From a virus (lineage: Duplodnaviria; Heunggongvirae; Uroviricota; Caudoviricetes), in the IMG/VR virus record IMGVR_UViG_3300047189_000028: a stretch of DNA of 64,000 bases; one strand, given 5' to 3'. Within the stretch, counting starts at the first letter, position 1. Each line of letters begins with the position of its first letter. Made by a program: the position numbers and the translations under genes. This document shows positions 35,137 through 45,089 of this stretch, piece by piece. Below the pieces are notes generated by a model that was not told the origin of the DNA, searched no databases, and worked only from the letters and a program-made list of their open reading frames with translations.

Positions 35137-35945
35137 CGAGGACCATTAGACACTGTTCCCTTCTTCATAACCTTTGCTTTAATAGCATCACAGTCTGCTT
35201 TGATTTTTGAATCCAGCTGTTTGTGATGCCACTCAATCTCTTTCATTTTATCGTTTAATGTTTTGGTCATGTAATCATACGTCTGCTTATTAGCATCAGG
35301 CTTTGGTTTCTCTTCAGCATTCTCAATCATTGTGCATGCATCACGGAACATCAGCTCTGTATCAACGTGCTGCATATCAACGTGCTGGAAGTCTGGATAG
35401 CGAACAGTCAGTGTTCCCATGATTTTCTTTCCAGCCTGATTGAACCACACAAGGTTCAACGATAGAACATCTCTGTGATCATATGTGTTTGGCTGCATCA
35501 GGATTGCTTGTACCCAAGGATACTTTGTATTGATTTTGTACAATAGCGCAAGTCCCATTGGGTTCTCAAACTGGTGTGCATTCTGATATGATGAGGATGT
35601 AACACCACCAGCGCCACCATTCCCTCCTCCGCCTTGTGCAAAGGAAGTACTATTTCCACCATTTCTGAATGACGGTGGTGGAGCAGTATGCGGTTTCTGA
35701 CCGTTAAGCATTTTCGCTTTTACATCACTCCAGTTCTCAAACACTTCACTTGCTTTAATCTGCTCTGCGCGTGCTGCATTATTCTTGAACACTGTTTTAA
35801 TCAATGTCTCATAGTTCAGCTTTGGTATAGACAACTTCGGCAGCGAAAACTTCAGGCTGACATCTTTCAGCTTTGTCTTGTAATGGTCAGCAGCAAGCGC
35901 AATGGCGCCTGCACCAACAACACCAACATAAATCTGGAGTAACAT
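35133..35945 (-). CDS. membrane-anchored protein with Gly/Ser-rich linker (270 aa)
   Basis: N-terminal TM; GGGGNGGAGG low-complexity linker. Confidence 0.5.
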   Translation of the reverse strand: MLLQIYVGVVGAGAIALAADHYKTKLKDVSLKFSLPKLSIPKLNYETLIKTVFKNNAARAEQIKASEVFENWSDVKAKMLNGQKPHTAPPPSFRNGGNSTSFAQGGGGNGGAGGVTSSSYQNAHQFENPMGLALLYKINTKYPWVQAILMQPNTYDHRDVLSLNLVWFNQAGKKIMGTLTVRYPDFQHVDMQHVDTELMFRDACTMIENAEEKPKPDANKQTYDYMTKTLNDKMKEIEWHHKQLDSKIKADCDAIKAKVMKKGTVSNGPR

Positions 35946-36445
35946 TATTTTACACCAGCAACAACCATTGGCTTCTTCTTTCGTGGCTTTGCCTTCTTCG
36001 TATCATGAAGGCTGTCTTCAATCAACGTGCAAGCCTTGCGCCATGGATCACCTGTCGTTTGATCAAACGGTCCCTGCATCTTCTTGCCAGCAAAATTCTT
36101 CCATGTCATCAGTTTCAACTTCTCGTTGATCTTAACATCAGCAAAACCGTAGCGGAGGTTCAGTCTGTCAACAAGCGGTATTGTCTTGTCTGCAATCTTC
36201 TTGGTAATCGTAATTTCTGTTGTCTTCGATTCCCAAACCGGTGTCTTCGATTCCCAAACCGGTGCTTTTGTTGGAGGATTGTATGCGTTCGAACGGTCAT
36301 AATCACCAACAGATGGTGAACCAGGAATCAGTCCTGTCAAGTTGATCCAATCTTTCACTCTTTTGGAAACAGTAGCCCAACCGTAGTGTTGGATCACAAT
36401 AAACGCTGCTATTGCAATGATGCCTAGAAGGTATATGAAAATCAT
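35945..36445 (-). CDS. membrane-anchored protein with tandem peptide repeat KAPVWESKTPVWESKT
   Basis: 21-bp direct DNA repeat at 36224-36265; N-terminal TM. Confidence 0.5.
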   Translation of the reverse strand: MIFIYLLGIIAIAAFIVIQHYGWATVSKRVKDWINLTGLIPGSPSVGDYDRSNAYNPPTKAPVWESKTPVWESKTTEITITKKIADKTIPLVDRLNLRYGFADVKINEKLKLMTWKNFAGKKMQGPFDQTTGDPWRKACTLIEDSLHDTKKAKPRKKKPMVVAGVK

Positions 36446-36639
36446 TTTGTCACCTCTTTAATCCAGTCAGTCAATTTGCGTCCTGTCAATGCTTGGAACA
36501 ATAGCGAACTGAAAAGGCTGTTGATTCCGATGAATGCAACCGCAACGAGTATCCATCCAAGAGCATGCGGAGCAAGTATCATCATTAGGATGATAAACCA
36601 CAATGCAACAACGGCTGTAAATGCAAGTTTGGGGCTCAT
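36442..36639 (-). CDS. small membrane protein (65 aa)
   Basis: ORF track. Confidence 0.45.
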   Translation of the reverse strand: MSPKLAFTAVVALWFIILMMILAPHALGWILVAVAFIGINSLFSSLLFQALTGRKLTDWIKEVTK

Positions 36640-36977
36640 TAGTGTACACTCGGAAATGGTTGGTCATCTTCAAACTCTTCAAGATCATCTTCGTGGCTTT
36701 CGACAGGATCAAACAGGTCTACAAAGAAGTGATAAACTTCTTCGTTTTCTGATTCGAGAAGTTCAATCACTTGGTCAAACATGAATTCGCGAAGTGCGCC
36801 TTTGACGTCCTCTTCAAGCTCCTCAACATCATCGATAGTGATCTGACCAGCAGTGTCAGCGTTTGAATTATACGCATCAACAAGCTGTTGAATATCTGCA
36901 TCATCAAACTCGACTTCAATCTTGAATGCCATGTTTGCTCTCCTGTAAAATTCATGCAGTGTAATAACGCCTCGCAT
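36639..36977 (-). CDS. acidic protein (112 aa)
   Basis: ORF track; Asp/Glu-rich. Confidence 0.5.
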   Translation of the reverse strand: MRGVITLHEFYRRANMAFKIEVEFDDADIQQLVDAYNSNADTAGQITIDDVEELEEDVKGALREFMFDQVIELLESENEEVYHFFVDLFDPVESHEDDLEEFEDDQPFPSVH

Positions 36978-37280
36978 TTCACCTGGACTCTTGCAAACTA
37001 GACACCATTTGCAAGATTTCCGGACGGCATCGTTGTAGGTGTCTTATTCTACCCGAGACTTCGTTCCATCGAACTACCATTGGTAGCCCAGAGTTCCTCG
37101 TAGATCAGGTCTCCATTGACGATTACACTGCCGAATGATTTTACCATTTGGCGAGACAATGTTCAAGGGTATAAAAGAGTAGAGCACCAAAGACCCAATC
37201 GGGGGACAGATTTATTGGGTAATATAAAACGGCGGCTCAAAAACTTAGCTCTCTAATACGGTCTAAACTATGGAAAAGAA

Positions 37281-37310
37281 AAACCCTCCGGCGAAGGAGG
37301 GTTTATATAG
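37281..37310. terminator. bidirectional rho-independent terminator CCCTCC-ggcgaa-GGAGGG with flanking A/T runs
   Basis: Read directly; downstream of the minus gene 37334..37924. Confidence 0.6.
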
Positions 37311-37333
37311 GGTCGAAAAGTTGAGAATACTGA

Positions 37334-37924
37334 TTAGGCTAGGCTCATTTCGCCTGCAGCCTTGTTGGCTGCAGCTAGACGTGTTGGGTCCATTTCAATT
37401 TTATTCATACCACCATGTTGCTGAACATTTGGTGTTGCTTTTGGTGCATTAGGATTCTGAGGAACGAATACTTGAACTTGACCTGCAACAATCTTGTCGG
37501 CAAGTGCTTTGTCAATTGAGTTAATATGTGCTAGTGCTGCATCTAGTTGCTGTGCATTTGCTACAACATAACCAGGAGCTGGTGGGGTGTGCATTCCGCT
37601 TGCCTGCTTGGCATCTTCAACACGACCTGTTGCTGGGTTGTACATCAACTGAATACGGCCTGTCATTGCATTTGTTCCACCTGGACCCTTAGGTGGAGGT
37701 GTGACTTGTTGAGGCTTAGCTACGCCAGGTTGTGGTTGGAATTCAACGGAACCAGGTGCTGGCTTTCCAGAAGCTACGTCCTGTTGATAGTATGCGGTTT
37801 CGCGTAGGCCGAGACGCTTTTCAAGAGAGATTGTCTCTTCGAACTGTTCAATCTTCTCAACGAGAGAATGAATGTGATTGTGGTAAGACTTAATGTCTTC
37901 AGTAATCTGTTTTAACAAATCCAT
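37334..37924 (-). CDS. Pro/Gln-rich hypothetical protein (196 aa)
   Basis: ORF track. Confidence 0.5.
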   Translation of the reverse strand: MDLLKQITEDIKSYHNHIHSLVEKIEQFEETISLEKRLGLRETAYYQQDVASGKPAPGSVEFQPQPGVAKPQQVTPPPKGPGGTNAMTGRIQLMYNPATGRVEDAKQASGMHTPPAPGYVVANAQQLDAALAHINSIDKALADKIVAGQVQVFVPQNPNAPKATPNVQQHGGMNKIEMDPTRLAAANKAAGEMSLA

Positions 37925-37981
37925 GCGTACGCTCCATAAAAGTCATAGGGTTATCCAGTGACTATTTATGGAGGAACTTTA

Positions 37982-38293
37982 TCAGACGCCGAGATTCGCG
38001 CAATCAACGCAGAGAGAGAAAGCAAACAACGCATTAGCCAGCTCATGCCACACTGACTGGTCCATATCGTATCTCTGCCCCTTTCCGAAATTGACGGTAA
38101 CAAGACCAGGATAGTTGTTCTTTTTCATGTGGTTGAGGTTGGCGGAGATCGACCGAAGATTGTCGTTGTCCTGTACCTTCACAGTGATCGTTTCAGAACG
38201 ACCACCGGTGATAAAACTGCCGACGCGAAACACCGAAAGAATGATGTCTGCTGTGCTCGGGCCAGTCTTGTGCAAACAAAGTACTTCTGTCAT
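37982..38293 (-). CDS. hypothetical protein (103 aa)
   Basis: First gene after the promoter at 38325..38353. Confidence 0.5.
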   Translation of the reverse strand: MTEVLCLHKTGPSTADIILSVFRVGSFITGGRSETITVKVQDNDNLRSISANLNHMKKNNYPGLVTVNFGKGQRYDMDQSVWHELANALFAFSLCVDCANLGV

Positions 38294-38324
38294 AAATCTC
38301 TCCCAAACTGCGAACCTAGAGACG

Positions 38325-38353
38325 ATTATACCCTAATTACATTTTAGGGTCAA
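38325..38353 (-). promoter_or_regulatory. sigma70-like promoter TTGACC-N17-(TTAGGG)TATAAT
   Basis: rc: TTGACCctaaaatgtaattagggTATAAT. Confidence 0.6.
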
Positions 38354-38639
38354 CAGGTGTAATTGGAAATAGGTGAGCGGGACGAACACTGACGATTGGT
38401 GCTGGATCTGACCACGGATCGCATGGCTGCCCGTACAAGAAACGTTTGCGTTGGGCGATTGTAATAGTTACTTTCTGAGGTGTAAACCTCAGTGCTGTAC
38501 CAAGAACGATATCGATAAATCCATTCTTTGAGGCGGAATAGCCATACGACTTTCCAAGCTCAATGGGATTGCCAAGCGCATCTTCCATCTTGATTGGATC
38601 TCTCATTTGTGATCTCCAAGTCGGCGCTCGACCTGCCAT
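38337..38639 (-). CDS. hypothetical protein (100 aa)
   Basis: ORF track; preceded by an ATGA-coupled ~54-aa ORF at 38640..38768. Confidence 0.45.
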   Translation of the reverse strand: MAGRAPTWRSQMRDPIKMEDALGNPIELGKSYGYSASKNGFIDIVLGTALRFTPQKVTITIAQRKRFLYGQPCDPWSDPAPIVSVRPAHLFPITPVDPKM

Positions 38640-38756
38640 GCCTCAATAATTAGACCAGAAGCACGCTGCGAGCTGGATCGAGCAAAAGGAAGGTCACCTT
38701 TGTCAATAGCTTCAATCGCGTGCCAAAGTTCTTCCTGAGCCTGCTTCAGTAGTTCA

Positions 38757-39044
38757 TCAGGCGCCATTAATCACCTTGATCTGACTGTATGGAATCGCGA
38801 GCACATACTGTGCATTGCGATCACCACCATTCTCACCGCCGAACAATGCGTAGCCTTCCTCGGCCATACGAACGGCAAGTGGCTTTTTCGCCGCCTCAAC
38901 AACCATTGTCTTGACGACAAGTGGATCAATCAACGATGCGGTGAAGTTGAAATCCTTGCGAGTTGTCCAATCGACAACTTCCGCATCCTTATTCGGCAGT
39001 AGCTTAACGAGCTTGCCGGTAGTGCCTTTGGCAACATGATACAT
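38757..39044 (-). CDS. hypothetical protein (95 aa)
   Basis: ORF track. Confidence 0.45.
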   Translation of the reverse strand: MYHVAKGTTGKLVKLLPNKDAEVVDWTTRKDFNFTASLIDPLVVKTMVVEAAKKPLAVRMAEEGYALFGGENGGDRNAQYVLAIPYSQIKVINGA

Positions 39045-39047
39045 AGT

Positions 39048-39305
39048 TTAATCCTTTACGGACTTGGAGGTGAAGTCGAAGTAGCTCTGAGCTTTCTGCT
39101 TGCGAGCAACACGCGGGCGGGGAATACGAACATCGGGATAGTTGGTCAGATCGTCCCACGTCTTGCGGTTCCTTTCGCGCGTATTCGCTACCAGACGAGC
39201 GTGTGCCGCTTCAGCTTCACGATTGCGATTGCGAATGTAACGGAGAAGGACGAATAGCCCAACAATGAAAATGACGGCTAAACCAACAGTAAACCCAGTA
39301 TTCAT
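39048..39305 (-). CDS. membrane-anchored basic protein (85 aa)
   Basis: First gene after the promoter at 39344..39372. Confidence 0.5.
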   Translation of the reverse strand: MNTGFTVGLAVIFIVGLFVLLRYIRNRNREAEAAHARLVANTRERNRKTWDDLTNYPDVRIPRPRVARKQKAQSYFDFTSKSVKD

Positions 39306-39343
39306 AACTCACCTCGTACGCATAAAGTCTCATGCTAGGTGAA

Positions 39344-39372
39344 ATTATACCCTAAGTCTATTGATTTGTCAA
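39344..39372 (-). promoter_or_regulatory. consensus sigma70 promoter TTGACA-N17-(TTAGGG)TATAAT
   Basis: rc: TTGACAaatcaatagacttagggTATAAT. Confidence 0.65.
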
Positions 39373-39373
39373 C

Positions 39374-39562
39374 CTAATTTTTACGTTTGGAAATAAGGGA
39401 GCACTTTTCGATTACTTTGCCAAGAGTTGCTATCTCTTGATCGGACGAAGGCTCGTTAGCAATGCGGACCATTTGCTTGACCGCTGTGCCGAGAATTTCT
39501 TTGATTTCACTTTCGGAAAACTCAACTATGTGAGTTCGTTCCGCTTTTACCTGTGTCGCCAT
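39374..39562 (-). CDS. hypothetical protein (62 aa)
   Basis: ORF track. Confidence 0.4.
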   Translation of the reverse strand: MATQVKAERTHIVEFSESEIKEILGTAVKQMVRIANEPSSDQEIATLGKVIEKCSLISKRKN

Positions 39563-40016
39563 CGCTTGCCTTCTCTTTTATTTCTACCATCAAGCCTGCA
39601 TATGCTATGAAGTAAAATCCAATAGCCTGCTTTACGTTTGACCTTCTGATCACAGTTCTTGGAAAAAACATTACCAGCGAACCAAGTAGCATGACGATGA
39701 CCATTAGAAGTATATATGGGATCCCAGTGTTAAAAACAACCAAAGCTCCAAGTAGGAACAATAGAAGCTGCAACACGAACGTGATTCCACCGTACCAAAG
39801 GCACGCCTTGTTCCATTCTTCGAGGATTGGGAGACGTTCTTTTTGCAAATCCCGCGCCTCATCAGGATGCGCGTTGTTGAGTAGAGCTGGACGAAACGTC
39901 TCTTTCAGCCAAGGGATTAGAATATCCAGATGGTGGTGGAGATTTGCGTTTAGTGCTGATGCAATCGTGATTATGACGAATAGACCAGTATAGGCCAACC
40001 AGAAATTTAGTAGCAT
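39522..40016 (-). CDS. multi-pass membrane protein (164 aa)
   Basis: ORF track; four hydrophobic segments. Confidence 0.5.
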   Translation of the reverse strand: MLLNFWLAYTGLFVIITIASALNANLHHHLDILIPWLKETFRPALLNNAHPDEARDLQKERLPILEEWNKACLWYGGITFVLQLLLFLLGALVVFNTGIPYILLMVIVMLLGSLVMFFPRTVIRRSNVKQAIGFYFIAYAGLMVEIKEKASDGDTGKSGTNSHS

Positions 40017-40035
40017 ATCTCCTCGTGTAAAAATG

Positions 40036-40066
40036 CCGCCCCCTTTCGGGGGCGGTTGCTCCTGTC
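40036..40066 (-). terminator. rho-independent terminator GCCGCCCCC-tttc-GGGGGCGG, T-run on the minus strand
   Basis: Directly after the rIIB stop. Confidence 0.6.
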
Positions 40067-40087
40067 TGGGAAAACTAGGAGCGAAAC

Positions 40088-41287
40088 TTAGTACGGAATG
40101 TCGTCGCCGAAGTCTTCGTCATCATCATTCATGTCGGCATCGAGCTGAGTGTGGTGCGGACGTCCGCCCTTCAGTGTACCATGCTCATGTAGATTGGCAA
40201 GATGGGTTGGATGTGGAGCAGTTGGATCGGCAGGCTTTGCACTTGCATCCTTCCAACCATATCCACCAGTTGACTTGCGATCGCCCTTAAGTACACGACG
40301 AATTGCGCTTGGAGTAACCATCGCCCACTTAGCAGCCTCCTCTACACTATGGAAGCAATCGATTACTTCACCATCAGAGGTATCAATTGCTTCGATTGGA
40401 CACTCGTTGTTGTCATCAGACTCAACAGCTGCAGCAGTAGCAACTTGATCATTGTCAAACTCATTCTGCTCGTCGTCGAAGTCATACTCGTCCTCGTCAT
40501 CCACCGGTGCCTTGTAGTTGTCCGAAGGCTGGAACGACCCCTCAAGCGGCTTCTCGTTCTTGTGCTCAAGTTCACCAATCACCTCGTAGCGGCAAGTACG
40601 ACCCTTCGTGTCGTTGTAGTCAGCAGGAATCGCAACAACATCAGCAGGGTTGATCTTGAGGATCACCGTGCGATTGCCCGAATCGTTGCCGAAATGCTGG
40701 AGATACTCACGCGAGCAGAAGTGCAAGCCAGCTGAACAGGTCTGCTTCGGATCTTCGTTGACCTGGTTGCGCTCCATTTCGACAACCGTACCGATCGCAT
40801 TGCTCATCGTGCCGGTGTAACAATCGGTGTAGTTGTTGCGAACACGCTTGTAAGAGAGGAAGTGACCATCTTCAGTGATAGGCAGCTTGCCCTTCTCGAG
40901 GAAGCCGTACAGTTCATTCACCGCACGGAAGCTCGGATTCTGCTGAAGGTTCGAAAGGAAGTTGCACATCGGTTCGATGTCAAACCCTTCATTCGCCATC
41001 GCAACGATGCGATCGGTCAGTGTGTTGTGAATCGGCTTGTCGTTGTAGTACACAACACCAGCCTTGAGTTCGACGTTCTTGACACCGCGCTTTGTGACCT
41101 TCTCGATCTTGGCCTTCACTGCCGCAACCGGAACAGCGAGCTTACGAGCCTTCTCAAACTGCTTCGCGTTGAGTGCTTCGATGATCTCGTTGTAGCGAGG
41201 GTTGGTAGGATAGACGGTAGTCGTTTCACCATTTGCAAAGGAAATCGTGAGATGATCCTTTGACTTCATATATGCTTCTGCAGTCAT
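40088..41287 (-). CDS. rIIB: rIIB-like protein
   Basis: The central region (ITEDGHFLSYKRV...CSAGLHFCSREYLQHFG...NPADVVAIPADYNDTKGRTCRYEV) parallels T4 rIIB (ITEDGYFYAWKVV...CSRGLHVCSKSYIRHFG...DYNDAKMRTCQYEV). It sits immediately downstream of rIIA. Confidence 0.8.
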   Translation of the reverse strand: MTAEAYMKSKDHLTISFANGETTTVYPTNPRYNEIIEALNAKQFEKARKLAVPVAAVKAKIEKVTKRGVKNVELKAGVVYYNDKPIHNTLTDRIVAMANEGFDIEPMCNFLSNLQQNPSFRAVNELYGFLEKGKLPITEDGHFLSYKRVRNNYTDCYTGTMSNAIGTVVEMERNQVNEDPKQTCSAGLHFCSREYLQHFGNDSGNRTVILKINPADVVAIPADYNDTKGRTCRYEVIGELEHKNEKPLEGSFQPSDNYKAPVDDEDEYDFDDEQNEFDNDQVATAAAVESDDNNECPIEAIDTSDGEVIDCFHSVEEAAKWAMVTPSAIRRVLKGDRKSTGGYGWKDASAKPADPTAPHPTHLANLHEHGTLKGGRPHHTQLDADMNDDDEDFGDDIPY

Positions 41288-41290
41288 GTG

Positions 41291-43525
41291 TTAACTCCTG
41301 TCGATGAGTTCAATGTAGTCGAACAAAACAGTCAAATCCTTTCCGCTGGAGTAACTGATGCTGCTAATATAGCTGAACATCGGATACACCTTGAATGCGT
41401 TGTCGTCAAAATATCCTGGAACCTTATTATCAAACAAACCAAGGCCCAAGTCCACATTTATTTGCCTGATGAACCTGACCATACGGCCAACCTTGCCAAA
41501 CTTTGCATGATCTTCAATGAGAGGCAGTACCGCTACCCTGAAAGCAGAATCCTTGTCAAGTTTCTGAACAAGTTTGACGAAATCGGAAGTGCTCTTTTCG
41601 GTGCAGCGAGTCTTGATTCCGTGTGCATCGCTCGTACGCTCGATTGCATCGAAGTAGTGAACCGCAGTGTCATATCCCTTAACAACTTCCTTGAGGACGT
41701 CGAAGAGATTGACCCAGTTCTCATTCTTCTTGATCTTACCGATCGCCTGCGAACCAAAACCGTAAATGTCCTTAACACTGTAATCAGTCTTGAGGTGCTT
41801 GTTGATCAGATCGATCGCAACCACGAAGTTGCCTTCGACATCACTGATCTTCCAGTTTACGTTCTCCAGAACACCATTCTTCATGAACGACACATGCGCG
41901 CCGTTCTGAAGGTGGAAGTAAAGGCCACCCTTCTCGAGGTCGATTGTAGGCGTACGCTTCCAAACGATGTACGGATTGTACTTACCTTGAATGCCACTGA
42001 ACTGAAAGATCGGAAGTTCGTTCTTGTACGAACCACGAGCACGTTCAGGAATCGGTGCATCCTTGCTAGTAAGCAAGAAATTGACATTGCCGAGCTCCTG
42101 GCGCAGGCGGGTTAGCTCAGTCAGGTAGTGCTGCTCAGTCCACACTTCTTTCTTGAGCATCTTTTGACCGCTCGGATCGTACACGACCTCTTCGAAATCC
42201 TTCTTGGGGCGAATAACGATCGCAGTCGGAGCATGCTGACCGTATGCCTTGTTGGCACGACGGACCCACTCCATCGCACGAGCAACACCACCAACCGGCA
42301 GATCGTTGTAGAATACAACGATATGTGACTCAGGTGTGACACCACTACCAAACGTCTTGCGCTTGACCGTGCGTCCTTCTTTTCCATGTGTCTGCTCAAA
42401 TACCGAAATCTCGTGACCAGTCAGCGAACCAACCTGCAGAGTGCCACCAATCTTGACGTACTCCCGAATCTGTGTGTTGGTCGTTTCTTTGACGAATTCC
42501 TTGAATAGGTTGCGGTTGCCAAAAATCTGTTCAGCAACCGTGTGGAGCTGAATCATGACATCCCAAAACGGCTTGTCTTTGAGAGCTTCAACTTGATCCT
42601 CAACCGACTTGAGAACACCCGCGCGGACAGCCTTGATCTTCTCGATCAGTGCAGCCTTCGAGCGATCATCGTAACGAATTTCCTCACGGTTGGCAGCAAC
42701 CTCAAGATCGCCGATGTCGAAGAATCCGACAATGTGTGCGTTCTCAAGGATCTTCGTGTCGCTTGCGCTGAGCTCCAGCTTGCTGATGTCAACCTTGTAG
42801 GCGACGTTGCCCTGTACTGCAGTCATTTTGCTGTAGTCGCCAGCGAAGTTCTTTTCGAACATCTTCCAACCTTCGCCCTCGAGGCGCTCTTTGGAAACCT
42901 CCGGCCACGAGAAATTGTGTGAACCAACAACTTCCGGCTTAATCGGGAACCAGCGAAGTGCCTTTGCAGTCTTTTCACTGAACACATACCAGTCGCTAGC
43001 AGCAACTGTAATACGAACTTCAAGACCATTGTGCTCATCAGTGTTGATCTCACCGAGACGAGCGATCGACGGAACACCATCTTCGTTAATGAACGCGGAG
43101 TATGTGCGGCGCATTCCATTGAAGCGTGACACAACCTCGAAAGCCTTTGTGTAACTGAACGGACTCTTCGATCCGAGGCCGAGAGCACCAATGAACGCGT
43201 TGCTGTTTGACTTCGTGGAATCAAAATACGTGGTGTAGAGCTGCATGACGTCTTCGTCAGACAAGCCAGTACCGAAATCACGAACGTGGAACCACGGCTC
43301 TAGTGAATTCGGAAGGTGAATCTCAAACGCCTGATCAGCATTGCCAGCTGCGACGTGCGCATCCCAGGCATTGCAAGACAGTTCGCGGACAATCGCAAGT
43401 TTCGGGTCGGTATAGAGGCCGGATGATAGAATGTCAAAGGCCTTGGCAGTCGTCTTGATACTGAACGCCCGTTCGGACGCAACACCAAATCGCTCAATAT
43501 CATTACGTTCGGTATGAAGTTTCAT
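41291..43525 (-). CDS. rIIA: rIIA-like protein (histidine-kinase-like ATPase fold)
   Basis: N-terminus AFSIKTTAKAFDILSSGLYTDPKLAIVRELSCNAWDAH and FIGALGLGSKSPFSYT closely match T4 rIIA ([20 protein letters not shown]...VRELITNMIDAH; FIGGFGLGSKSPFSYT). Confidence 0.85.
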   Translation of the reverse strand: MKLHTERNDIERFGVASERAFSIKTTAKAFDILSSGLYTDPKLAIVRELSCNAWDAHVAAGNADQAFEIHLPNSLEPWFHVRDFGTGLSDEDVMQLYTTYFDSTKSNSNAFIGALGLGSKSPFSYTKAFEVVSRFNGMRRTYSAFINEDGVPSIARLGEINTDEHNGLEVRITVAASDWYVFSEKTAKALRWFPIKPEVVGSHNFSWPEVSKERLEGEGWKMFEKNFAGDYSKMTAVQGNVAYKVDISKLELSASDTKILENAHIVGFFDIGDLEVAANREEIRYDDRSKAALIEKIKAVRAGVLKSVEDQVEALKDKPFWDVMIQLHTVAEQIFGNRNLFKEFVKETTNTQIREYVKIGGTLQVGSLTGHEISVFEQTHGKEGRTVKRKTFGSGVTPESHIVVFYNDLPVGGVARAMEWVRRANKAYGQHAPTAIVIRPKKDFEEVVYDPSGQKMLKKEVWTEQHYLTELTRLRQELGNVNFLLTSKDAPIPERARGSYKNELPIFQFSGIQGKYNPYIVWKRTPTIDLEKGGLYFHLQNGAHVSFMKNGVLENVNWKISDVEGNFVVAIDLINKHLKTDYSVKDIYGFGSQAIGKIKKNENWVNLFDVLKEVVKGYDTAVHYFDAIERTSDAHGIKTRCTEKSTSDFVKLVQKLDKDSAFRVAVLPLIEDHAKFGKVGRMVRFIRQINVDLGLGLFDNKVPGYFDDNAFKVYPMFSYISSISYSSGKDLTVLFDYIELIDRS

Positions 43526-43564
43526 CGTAGCTCCTGTAATACTGTTTTCCCAGACAGTGAGGAG

Positions 43565-43593
43565 ATTATACGAGATTAGGGTCTAAATGTCAA
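43565..43593 (-). promoter_or_regulatory. sigma70-like promoter TTGACA-N17-TATAAT upstream of rIIA
   Basis: rc: TTGACAtttagaccctaatctcgTATAAT. Confidence 0.55.
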
Positions 43594-43841
43594 CGCTTAT
43601 TTGATGCGTATTTTTTCGCTCTTTCTTCGAAGCGCTTTTTGAGATTAATGTGATAACGCTCGAGAATTGCACCAGGTGTGAAGCAAACTTTGCCGGCGCC
43701 TTCGAGTTGAGTGAGTTGATCCAGATAGAATAAATGAACGAGAGGCATTACCCTGCAACCTTTGGAGTAATAGAATGCCACATCGTCGACAGTAATTCGA
43801 CTTAGGTGCTTTCCTTTATTATTTGGAGGCACCGAGGACAT
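43590..43841 (-). CDS. hypothetical protein (83 aa)
   Basis: ORF track. Confidence 0.45.
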   Translation of the reverse strand: MSSVPPNNKGKHLSRITVDDVAFYYSKGCRVMPLVHLFYLDQLTQLEGAGKVCFTPGAILERYHINLKKRFEERAKKYASNKR

Positions 43842-43846
43842 ACAAT

Positions 43847-44158
43847 TTAGCCGCCGAACTTCTTAATGTAGGCACGCATGAGTCGTGCTACGGTAGCTTG
43901 CAGTACTCGCTTGGGTGCAGTTTCAAAACCTGCAACATCTTCGAGTGCCATTCCTGCGGCGTCTTGAACATCCATCAAGCTACCGCGTACCTTTGCGTCT
44001 TCAATCATTTCCTTCATGTAGTCTGCTAGCATCTCAACTTGTTCGTCATCAAGATGTGTAGGATCCATATTTTCGGAAACTTGCTTAATAGCTTCTGTGA
44101 CTGGGTCCTTTTCCTTTAGAGAATTGTTTATATCTTTGATCAGTTTCATATTATCCAC
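43847..44158 (-). CDS. acidic hypothetical protein (103 aa)
   Basis: ORF track. Confidence 0.45.
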   Translation of the reverse strand: MDNMKLIKDINNSLKEKDPVTEAIKQVSENMDPTHLDDEQVEMLADYMKEMIEDAKVRGSLMDVQDAAGMALEDVAGFETAPKRVLQATVARLMRAYIKKFGG

Positions 44159-44172
44159 CTGGTAATGTTGCG

Positions 44173-44358
44173 TTAGTCACGATGAAGCTCTTTCTTCCAC
44201 TCATGCTTTTGGCGATGACGTGGAGCAGTTGGGCCTGTTTTATCTTGATGTACACCAGCACCTGCGCGTTGCGCATGCTTAGCCACGAAGTTACGATCAC
44301 GCAATTTAGGCATGGTCATCTTCATGATTTTGTGTACTTCTTGTAAAAGGCTCATCAT
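44173..44358 (-). CDS. small basic protein (61 aa)
   Basis: ORF track. Confidence 0.4.
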   Translation of the reverse strand: MMSLLQEVHKIMKMTMPKLRDRNFVAKHAQRAGAGVHQDKTGPTAPRHRQKHEWKKELHRD

Positions 44359-44373
44359 AATCTCCTATTGAGA

Positions 44374-45018
44374 TTATTTATCCGATCTGGTGTAAGAGCT
44401 CCGACTCTTCGGTGTTTCAAACCAGTCGACCCTTGATACCTGCACATTTAGCGGTTTCATCTTTTCTTCGACAATTTGATAAATCCACTGAGCAAAGTGT
44501 TCAGAGGTGGGTAGGAATGTCGTGATAAAGAACCCTTCAAAGAATTCGCGCTCAACCCCCGACATTTTTGATACGTCAATTACATAGCCAATCGGACGAA
44601 CATGCAGGTCGTTAGCATACACAGGAACCGCATCGAGTTCTTTTTCACTGGTTGTGTTCAAAGGCTGTCGAGGGACGAATCCTGCTAAATATGGTTCGCC
44701 GCCAATCATTGGATTTGGCTTCCATGTTGGTTCGAGGTTAACAATATTGTTGAACCACGGATCATTCACATCGATAATGAATTTGTGATCGAGGTATTTG
44801 TTGAAGAATGTATTCAACCAACCCAAGTGCTTGAAGTCAGTTACCATTCCACGCTCGAGCTTGTCGCTCTCTAAGAACACATGAACTGTCGCCCCGTGAC
44901 CGTGAAGAAATCTACACTTGCATGAACTGTCGCCCGCCTCGCAAAACTCTTTCCTGAGTTGCTGGCTCCAAACACGATGTCCGTAACAGAAAGAAAATTG
45001 TTTGTCAATCGCCCACAT
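44374..45018 (-). CDS. queD: QueD/PTPS-family T-fold enzyme (6-carboxytetrahydropterin synthase-like), long form
   Basis: FSFCYGHRV...CRFLHGHGATVHVFL...GMVTDFKHL...YLDHKFI matches the QueD signature (C-x-HGH zinc ligands, GxVxDF, LDH). Confidence 0.6.
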   Translation of the reverse strand: MWAIDKQFSFCYGHRVWSQQLRKEFCEAGDSSCKCRFLHGHGATVHVFLESDKLERGMVTDFKHLGWLNTFFNKYLDHKFIIDVNDPWFNNIVNLEPTWKPNPMIGGEPYLAGFVPRQPLNTTSEKELDAVPVYANDLHVRPIGYVIDVSKMSGVEREFFEGFFITTFLPTSEHFAQWIYQIVEEKMKPLNVQVSRVDWFETPKSRSSYTRSDK

Positions 45019-45089
45019 TGTTATTCTCCAAAGAAAAAGGTCGTAGACCCGTAGGATCCACGACCTTTCTCATATTGTCAAGCAAACCC

